A stretch of 64,000 bases of DNA. It comes from a virus. Taxonomy: Duplodnaviria > Caudoviricetes. Below are positions 32,533-40,800 of the stretch, one piece after another (within the stretch, counting starts at the first letter, position 1; every line of letters starts with the position of its first letter). The notes under the pieces were generated by a model. The model was not told the DNA's origin, made no database searches, and was given only the letters and a program-made list of their open reading frames with translations. Location of the stretch: the IMG/VR virus record IMGVR_UViG_3300043468_001158; one strand, 5' to 3'. The position numbers and the translations under genes are program-made.

Positions 32533-35019
32533 TTATGCTAAACCCATAACTACAACTTTAACTGCAAGTGACACATTCAATGTAACTGCCAAGCTATTAG
32601 CATCAGTAAATACAATTGATTGTGGAATGATAACTTCATTATTAGCAGCATCAATAACAGTTACGTTGCAATACATTTGACCCAAGCTGTGAGTTACAGT
32701 ATGACCTGTAGCAGCACCACCAGTGTACAAATAGTACATTTTGTTGACTTTGTTATTAATTTGAGTATCAAGAGCTTTAGTAGCAGTATCAAGAGCAGAA
32801 ACTGCAGCTTTGAATGTAGTAGCACTATTTACATAGTTAGTACCTGACCAGCTGTTCAATGAACCATCAGTGTTCAAACCAACTGCAGATTCAATTGCAT
32901 TGACTTCAGTAAGTAAGTTACCTGCATTAGTTTCGATAGTATCTACACGACCTTCAACTTCGTCGATAGCACCTTGAACCGTAGTAGCAACCAAAGTAGA
33001 AGTTGCACCAGAATAAGTGATAGCAGCAGCTTTGTGAGTGTGAGTACCAGGAGCTGCTTGAGTTGAACCATTACCTAAAGTAACACCAACGCTATCAGCA
33101 GTTACAGTTACAAGACCAACGCCACCCCAGTTTGCAGGATCATCTTGAGCACCAGAAGTACCAGTACCGGCATGAGATACAACAGCAATAGCTGAACCAT
33201 TACCACCAGTCAAACCATTACCAGCTACAGAAGCAGTCAATTCAGCTTCAGTGATAGTGTTTGTAGTAACTTTCAAACCAGCTACAGATTGAACTAATTT
33301 ACCATTGCCAGTCAAATCTAACAATAAGTGTAATTTAGCATTTGTATCAGTTGAACGAGTTGTAGCATTTTCTGTTAAGATGATAGCAGAAGAAGTTGGA
33401 TCATAAAGGTCGATACCAACGTCATCAGATGGAAGTTCAACGATACCAGCACCAAGGTTTACATTCAATGTGTTACCATCTTTAGCAAGACCGATACCAG
33501 CAGTGATACCAGCAGCACCATTAAATTGAGTCCAAACTACAGGGTCTGTACCGAAAGTAACAACTTCAGCAGTTTGAGTCCAACCAGTGTCGTTTTGAGT
33601 AGCACCTTGTTGTACGAATACTGCAGCAGAGTTAATGCTATCAGCTAATGCATCGAAATCAGTAGCACGTGCCCAAGCACTAGAAGCAACTACATAGATA
33701 CCGTTTTCAGAAGCAGTGGTTTGGTTTTTAACAAGAACACGGTTACCAGTAACAACAGCAACACCATCAACAGTTTGTTCGCCAGAAAGTGTTAAGTTAC
33801 CAACAGAAGCTGCAACAACAGCTGGTTTCCAAGATAAACCAGCAATGAAAGATTGCATTTGGTTTAAGTTGATTGCATCAGTACCAGCAGTACCAGGAGC
33901 TAAGTTAGTGATTTTATAGCCATTGAATGCTACATTATTGGAAATGTTAGAAGAAGCAGCATTTGCACGAATAAAATCATGCTCGTCCATGATTGCAATG
34001 TTGCCCAAACCTAAAGAAGTACGAGCAACTGCACCACGTTCTAGAGTCCAACGTGAACCTTCAGCACCACCAGTACCAACGATGATATCGTTAAGACCAG
34101 AGTGTGTAATTTCAGTAGTGTTAATAGTCAAAGTTTCTGAGCTATCAGCAGCAGGAGCGAAACCGGCCAAAGTGGTTAAGTCAGCATCAAATGCTTGAAC
34201 GTTAGAGCCTAAAGAAACACCAAGAGCAGCACGGAAACCAGCAGCATCTTGTAAGCTATAAACGCCACCAGCGCCACCTAACAAGAATGCAGAAGTTGCA
34301 TCAGGAGTCAAACCAGCCAAAGATGTCAATTGATCATCAAGAGGTTGTTTGTTGTTTAATTGAGACTGGATTGAAGAAGTAACACCATCAACATAGTTCA
34401 ATTCAGTTGTTGTAAGAGTAGCACCAGTTAAGATGTTAAGCTCAGCAGCAGTTGAAGTAACAGCATGAAGTTTTACTAAGTCAGCAGTTACGATACCAGA
34501 AGTATGTAGTTCGTTAACTTCAGAAGCAGTAGCAGTTACATTAGAGATATCAGCTAAAACTGGAGTTACGTTAGCCCATTGAGAACCAGTGTATTTGATG
34601 AAGTTGCCAGTTACTGGAGCAGAGTCAGCAGTATCAGCAACGTTATCAAGCTCACCTAAAGTGTTATGAGCAGTAACAGCTTGTTGAACCATATTGATAG
34701 CTTCAGTGATTGTAGTAGCACCAGATGCATAACCAGTAAATTGACCAGTTACGAATTGTCCAGAAGCATTGATAGAAGAACCTAAAGCAACTTCAAGAGC
34801 ATCAACTTCGTTTTGAAGAGCAGTAGCATTACCACCAGTAGCAAATGCCATCCAAACGGTGCCATTGTTATAGAAGTAAGTGTTGCTAGTCGTATTAAAA
34901 ACAATACGACCTTTTTCGGCTGGATTGACTGAAGGTACATCCGAAACACGTTCAATTAACGCATTTTGAAACTCGCCTTGGCCACCAGTAGGTAGTGATA
35001 CGTTACCATTTACACGCAT
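32533..35019 (-). CDS. Ala/Thr/Gly-rich fibre-like structural protein
   Basis: ITNLAPGT..TDAINLNQM stalk motif, NLTLSGEQTVDGV...RVLVKNQ...ENGIY module, C-terminal H.L domain, and its own late promoter and terminator. Confidence 0.75.
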   Translation of the reverse strand: MRVNGNVSLPTGGQGEFQNALIERVSDVPSVNPAEKGRIVFNTTSNTYFYNNGTVWMAFATGGNATALQNEVDALEVALGSSINASGQFVTGQFTGYASGATTITEAINMVQQAVTAHNTLGELDNVADTADSAPVTGNFIKYTGSQWANVTPVLADISNVTATASEVNELHTSGIVTADLVKLHAVTSTAAELNILTGATLTTTELNYVDGVTSSIQSQLNNKQPLDDQLTSLAGLTPDATSAFLLGGAGGVYSLQDAAGFRAALGVSLGSNVQAFDADLTTLAGFAPAADSSETLTINTTEITHSGLNDIIVGTGGAEGSRWTLERGAVARTSLGLGNIAIMDEHDFIRANAASSNISNNVAFNGYKITNLAPGTAGTDAINLNQMQSFIAGLSWKPAVVAASVGNLTLSGEQTVDGVAVVTGNRVLVKNQTTASENGIYVVASSAWARATDFDALADSINSAAVFVQQGATQNDTGWTQTAEVVTFGTDPVVWTQFNGAAGITAGIGLAKDGNTLNVNLGAGIVELPSDDVGIDLYDPTSSAIILTENATTRSTDTNAKLHLLLDLTGNGKLVQSVAGLKVTTNTITEAELTASVAGNGLTGGNGSAIAVVSHAGTGTSGAQDDPANWGGVGLVTVTADSVGVTLGNGSTQAAPGTHTHKAAAITYSGATSTLVATTVQGAIDEVEGRVDTIETNAGNLLTEVNAIESAVGLNTDGSLNSWSGTNYVNSATTFKAAVSALDTATKALDTQINNKVNKMYYLYTGGAATGHTVTHSLGQMYCNVTVIDAANNEVIIPQSIVFTDANSLAVTLNVSLAVKVVVMGLA

Positions 35020-35077
35020 AGTTATATCTCCTTATGAGAATGTTATTGAAATAAAAGATTGTTTTAAAATCTATAGG

Positions 35078-35085
35078 TATTTATA
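35078..35085 (-). promoter_or_regulatory. T4-type late promoter motif (TATAAATA)
   Basis: 59 bp upstream of ATG 35019. Confidence 0.6.
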
Positions 35086-35108
35086 GTTGATAAGCCATTT
35101 TTCATATA

Positions 35109-35348
35109 TTATGATGCTTGTCTTCTTACCGCAGTTGTTAGAGATTTTATTTGATTGTTAAAAGATATAGGTTCAACTTTACATTGCCCCATATCAAATT
35201 CGTTTATAATACTTAACGGAACATTTTCAAAATGGAATGTCCCTTTATTTCCAACCTTTTCAATTCGCTTAATTGAATATCCAAGGGTTTTTAAAGTTGA
35301 TGCAAGCACTATATCCGATGTGCCAAAAGTTTCGTTAACATTATTCAT
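35109..35348 (-). CDS. DUF5659-like small protein
   Basis: F.TSDI.LAS.L...GY.I..IE......F.F...KVEP..F.NQIK.L. Confidence 0.55.
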   Translation of the reverse strand: MNNVNETFGTSDIVLASTLKTLGYSIKRIEKVGNKGTFHFENVPLSIINEFDMGQCKVEPISFNNQIKSLTTAVRRQAS

Positions 35349-35373
35349 TATGTAGTATCTCTTAAAATTATTA

Positions 35374-36114
35374 TTAGAAGGTCATTAGAACTAAACGTCC
35401 AGCTTGTGGAGAACCAAAGAAGACATGCATAGTATTAGTATCTATCAATTTCACAGTATCTGGCATCACCATTTCATCGTTTTCATCCCATAGTGTCCAA
35501 TGAACTCGTTTAGTATTCTTATTATGTGATATAATCCATTGTGTTGCTGCAGTAAGTTGAACATGCTCCATGCCAAAGCCAGCATTTCCGCTAACATTAG
35601 TAATGAGGTTATTAAGTTCATCTAAAACTTGTTGAACATTTGTTGCGGACGGGTCAGCAGAGATTGGAGTAATGGCAATCTCTGCAGCCATATGTTTCCC
35701 GACAGATGAGAATGTTGTATGAGTTGAAACATTATCAACTAATCCCATGAAATCAACACCATTCAACAGACCATTGAATGTTAGCTCACCGGTTGTTGCA
35801 CTCATTGAGAAGTGGTGCAATTGGTCAGTAGTTCGCCATGAAATATCTTGGTTAGTGTTTAGAACAACTACTGCTTTTCCTGCTGAATTTAGTTGATTGT
35901 TATAAACTTTTTGTAAAGTAACAGAGCCAATGCCAGAGCCAGGACCTCCAGGAGAAGTAGATGACCCATCATCAAACAATAACCCTTTTCCATTTACGGT
36001 GAATGAAGTATGAGAAGTTCCGCCAATATTGACAATGTCACCATTAGCAGTTCGATGTAAACGACCTAAGGTATTGAGATAAACTAAACGTTTGATATCT
36101 GAAGATGAAGGCAT
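35374..36114 (-). CDS. Virion structural protein with a C-terminal HxQ..W.I.HN domain
   Basis: ATNVQQVLDEL motif and EHVQLTAATQWIISHNKN. Confidence 0.65.
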   Translation of the reverse strand: MPSSSDIKRLVYLNTLGRLHRTANGDIVNIGGTSHTSFTVNGKGLLFDDGSSTSPGGPGSGIGSVTLQKVYNNQLNSAGKAVVVLNTNQDISWRTTDQLHHFSMSATTGELTFNGLLNGVDFMGLVDNVSTHTTFSSVGKHMAAEIAITPISADPSATNVQQVLDELNNLITNVSGNAGFGMEHVQLTAATQWIISHNKNTKRVHWTLWDENDEMVMPDTVKLIDTNTMHVFFGSPQAGRLVLMTF

Positions 36115-36139
36115 TACTTAGAGAACCTTTAGAAAATGA

Positions 36140-37099
36140 TTACAAGATAATTGGTAATTGAATGCGAAGATAGATAGTATCTGCATCATATACATATCCT
36201 ATTTCTTGTAGCATTCCTACAGGTGGAGGTGTTAGAGTTACTTCTCCATTTTGGCCGCAAAATAACGGCATATTGACTTGACTTGGTAAAAAGTTCCACT
36301 GTTCGTTTCTTACTAAGCCATTAGATATAACATTTCCAACTTCTCCGATAAAGTATTCGTTAGTCATAATTCCACTAACTTCAATAGATTCATTGAGATA
36401 AGAAGCTAATTGAACTTTTCGCGGGGAAACATATGATACTAATGAAAAAGCTGGAATAAAACCTATAGCTTCAGCAAATAATTGAGCGGTATCAAATCTA
36501 ACATTCTCACCCGTTGTATGACTTACTCTAAGGTCACATTCAGTTGTAACAAAAGTTCCGTCACTATCACGAAGCGGAGTATTATTCTTCCCAATCATGA
36601 TGTTACCCGCATCACATCTTTCATTTTTATTGATTTGTGTTCCGCGGGGTTTTGGTATGATAACAGCAGAATTGTTATATGTTGCGGCAAATACTCTAAT
36701 CTTTGGAATCCATTTTGAGCCATTCCAAACTTTCATAATCATTGTAGTAGTATCATACCAATGTTGGTCGTTTAGAATTGGAGCAGGCGGAGCATTGACA
36801 CCAAAATATGGATTGACAGTAGTATATCCAAAAGTGACTGCAGCGTTGAGTAGTGAGATATCCCAATACAAGTATTGGGTTTGACCTAAAGGTGGCATTG
36901 GCCCCCATGCATCAATTACTGTCCTATTAAACTGTACTAAATAGTTATTATTAGCATGAGCCGCGGTAAAAATCAAAGGGGCTTCATCACATACTAAATC
37001 AAGATGTTCATCACCATTTCCAGACTTACGAATAAATGTCGAGGTTCCGGAGGTATCGGTTTGATGTCTGACAATACCATGTCGAAAGTTAAGTTGCAT
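36140..37099 (-). CDS. Stand-alone paralog of the N-terminal region of the 1944-aa tail fibre
   Basis: 29/39 identical N-terminal residues, with colinear similarity over about 310 aa. Confidence 0.85.
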   Translation of the reverse strand: MQLNFRHGIVRHQTDTSGTSTFIRKSGNGDEHLDLVCDEAPLIFTAAHANNNYLVQFNRTVIDAWGPMPPLGQTQYLYWDISLLNAAVTFGYTTVNPYFGVNAPPAPILNDQHWYDTTTMIMKVWNGSKWIPKIRVFAATYNNSAVIIPKPRGTQINKNERCDAGNIMIGKNNTPLRDSDGTFVTTECDLRVSHTTGENVRFDTAQLFAEAIGFIPAFSLVSYVSPRKVQLASYLNESIEVSGIMTNEYFIGEVGNVISNGLVRNEQWNFLPSQVNMPLFCGQNGEVTLTPPPVGMLQEIGYVYDADTIYLRIQLPIIL

Positions 37100-37143
37100 T
37101 ATGGGTGTTCCATTTGATTGAAATTATTATACAGCATTAAACA

Positions 37144-37151
37144 TATTTATA
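37144..37151 (-). promoter_or_regulatory. T4-type late promoter motif (TATAAATA)
   Basis: 45 bp upstream of ATG 37099. Confidence 0.6.
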
Positions 37152-37174
37152 GCTTTACTGACAGAAGGAACTTT

Positions 37175-37825
37175 ATGATAGACGTTCATATGTTACAATT
37201 AGAAAGTGACAACAAACAATGGGCACAAGAATGCCTTACTATATTAGAACGAGAACCTAATATTACCATTCATCATTTACCTGGCATCTTTCGTAATATC
37301 AAACAAGCTCGCATTAATGGTTATTCAACTGGAACTTCTGAATATGTGTCTTTCGTTGACCCTGATGATTTGATTGAACCTGACATTTTTGCTAAGTGTC
37401 AGAAAGTATTAGATATGAATCCTCATTTAGTTGGGGTTTATACTCGTTCAAGTATTATAGATGAAAATGCTAATATTATCAAGGACTATATGAAACCCTA
37501 TCGAGAATGGCGAGACCATTATATGTTTCAAAACTATTTTGAGATTCATCAATTAGTTGTGATTAGACGAAAGTATTCTGATATAATCAATAGACAAATT
37601 GAGTTACTTACTAAAGAAGGTCGTTATACTTCGGATACTTATGTAGAACATCTTCGTTATACTTTGCTTGGATTATTAGGTCCATGGAAAGCGCTTCCTG
37701 ATTTAGGATATCATTGGAGAAGTGACGGAAATGCAGGTCGCTACAACAATGGATACTCCGCTAAAAAGATAACGGAGTTCCATCAATTGATGTCTTACTT
37801 AGCTAGAAGAGCCGCTATCCAATAA
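37175..37825 (+). CDS. Glycosyltransferase family 2 (GT-A)
   Basis: AR..GY..GTSEYVSFVDPDD (DxD) and HQLVVIRR. Start moved to ATG 37175 (RBS AAGGA). Confidence 0.8.
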   Translation: MIDVHMLQLESDNKQWAQECLTILEREPNITIHHLPGIFRNIKQARINGYSTGTSEYVSFVDPDDLIEPDIFAKCQKVLDMNPHLVGVYTRSSIIDENANIIKDYMKPYREWRDHYMFQNYFEIHQLVVIRRKYSDIINRQIELLTKEGRYTSDTYVEHLRYTLLGLLGPWKALPDLGYHWRSDGNAGRYNNGYSAKKITEFHQLMSYLARRAAIQ

Positions 37826-40800
37826 CTTCAATAGTTTTGACAAATGCAACCCATCTAATTGTTTTTCCAGCTTCACCAGATACTAAGATTCTAAGAGCGC
37901 CATTTGTAGTATCAGCATATGCAGTTACATCCCATGCAGGTGAATCTTTGATGACGTTTGAAAGAGTAACCGTTCCTACTAATGCAGTTGTTGCAGCAGA
38001 AGCATTTCGGTCAATACATCCATCTAACGTAAATGAAGCGCTTTCATCATTTACATCAGTTCTTCTAGCAACTACTTGAACTTGGAACTTCCAAGTAGAA
38101 TCATTTGCTAATACCATACGGGTTGAACTTCCATTCAAGAAAAGTTCAGTTTGAGTAGCAGTTGTAGTTGAATTGCGTAATACGTAATCACGAGAAATAG
38201 CATCCCCATAAGTACTAAAGTTTCCATTATTGTGTGCAAGGTTATTTGCAGCAAATTGAACTTCGCCTGTACCTTTTGGCGCAATTTTTATAGTAATGTT
38301 AGTATCAGTTCCATTAGCACCTATTTGTACTGGATTAGTAGCTATATTACCCTGCAATGTTAGATAATTGACTGAATATGCAGTTTCAAGTATTCTTACT
38401 TGTTCAGTATTATTAGTATAAATTGATAATGGAAGATAAGTTCCTGTTCCAAATGCTCCAGAACTAATACGAGTATCAACATCAGTTGTGTAAATTTGAA
38501 TATTTGATGCATTTACAATGTTAGAATTATTAAATGCAATTATGCCAGCTTGCTGTGATGTACCGTTTGGCATGATTGGAATTACAGTATTTGTATTAGT
38601 AACACTTGATTGGAATGTTGGTCTAAGTGCATGATTAGCATTTCCAAACTCACCTAATATCTTTTGTCCTAATTGAACAAACTGTAAATTACCCTGTGTT
38701 GTAATTTTTACTTGTTCAATATTATTTGTAAGAAAAGATATTGGCAAGAAAGTTCCTGTTCCCAATGCACCTGATGCTAACCCTGCATATGTAGATGTTA
38801 CAACTAATTGAGCAAAAGCTGAATTTGTGACATTTGAACTATTAGCTGCAAATATACCAGCAGTAGTAGAAGTTCCATTTGGAAGTATTGGAATCATCGT
38901 GTTATTGTTAGTAACATTCGATTGGAACGATGGTCTATTTGCATGAGTAGCATTTCCAAAATCACCCCAGATTCTTTGTCCTGATTGAACAAACTGTAAA
39001 TGTCCTTGGTCAGTAATTCTAATTTGTTCTAATCTTACATTTGTAGTATTCTTAGTTGTTTCAAAGGATATGTAATTTCCTTGAGCAGTTGAAGTATAAT
39101 TCTCACTTGCAATGAATTGAATTGCGGCAGAGTTTGGACTAAAAGCTGCACCTGAATGATAACCTTTAGAATACAAACCAAATATTCTATCACCTGAAAG
39201 AATAGCAGTTGGAGTAGTCGAAGTTCCTCGAGCTTTCTGCGTAGTAATAGAAGCGAAATTAGCATCAGTACTATATTGAGATAAAGTAATTCCTCCACTT
39301 GTATTCACCCAGCTTGTTCCATTATATTGAAGCAATTGATTAGTAACTGGAGAAGTAATAACTACATCTGATAATCCATCTAAATTTGTTGAGCTAATAC
39401 CCACACTTGTATTCACCCAACTTGTTCCATTATATTGAAGCAATTGATTAGTAGTTGGAGAAGTAATAACTACATCTGATAATCCATCTAAATTTGTTGC
39501 ACTAGCAGTTGCAGATAATAATCCACTTCCATCAATTGAAAGTCCTGAACCAATTTTGACAACACCGGTTGTCATATAAGATGCTATTGGAAGCTGAGAG
39601 TTTTTCCATTCACCTAAATGATAGGTAAGAACATCAGATGCCATAAGTGGAAATGTAGAATTTATGCTTACATCAGAAAGATTATCTAAAGTTGAAGGAA
39701 TTGCTAATGTGTTCCATGATGGTAAAGCAGTCGCGCCATTTGAAGTTAATACTTCTCCAGCATGCCCAGGACTTCCATTAATTTGAAGTTGTCCTATCAA
39801 ATCGATATAGTAATCAACACCACCACTTATGCTTATAAATGATAAATGAGAAACATTTGATTGGGCTATTGAAATAACAGATGATGTAGTACTTGGAGTT
39901 AGCGATGTAATTGCAGACGGAACGATTGATTGAACAGTATGCATTGGTGTTCCTTCAAATTTGCTATCATTTGCAATAACATGTGTTCCAAAAGTTCCAG
40001 TAATTGAACCATCTTGTGGATATTTTAGTATCAATCCAGATGAAGCATACATATCAAAAGTACTTCCTGTTATATAAACAGCATTCCCATTTGTTACAAT
40101 TCCATTTAGATTATAATGTCTATCCCCAAATGTAGGATGTCCAAAAGTTTTTTGCCATTCAAGTACTAAAGACGAATTGAATTTGACTAATGATAATTGA
40201 TTATTAGCAGGTGCATATTGATCGCCTTCATAACCTAAGACATACACATTACCATTGATGTCTAATGACATACCAACACCATTGACAAATCTTACAAAAA
40301 ATGCATCATAGAATTGTTTGCTAGCTTCAACTGCTAAAGTAGCTTCATTATATTTGATGATTGAATAATCACCCATTGTCCAAGAAGCTGGTTGAGTACC
40401 CAATGCGTAAATAGAAGTTCCTGACCTTTTCAGTTCAACATATCTTTTGCCACCGGTAAGATTTACAGTGACATTAGAAACAAATGTAAAGCTGTTTCCG
40501 GTTACATTGAATTTGAATATGTTTGCAAAATTATCGTCTAATGGACTATCAAATAAATCACCACCTACAAACAATTCATTTCCAGAAGAACTTAGTTCTA
40601 ATGCATAAGTTCTAAATCTTTGGAGTTCGTAGAAGAAATCAACTGCGCCGGTTGTCATATTGATTTTACCAATATAACCTCTACCATCAGAATCTTGATA
40701 ACCTGATACATATAGTGAAGAATCATTAGCTCTTACTACCATATCAGAAATAGTACCATAGTAAGTATCAAATTTTGTTTGCCATACTATATTACCAAGC

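Noticed and set aside
33716-34198. Plus-strand ORFs antisense to the fibre genes (and similar short shadow ORFs throughout)
   Set aside because: These are shadow frames produced by biased codon usage in long real genes, with no RBS or promoter support.
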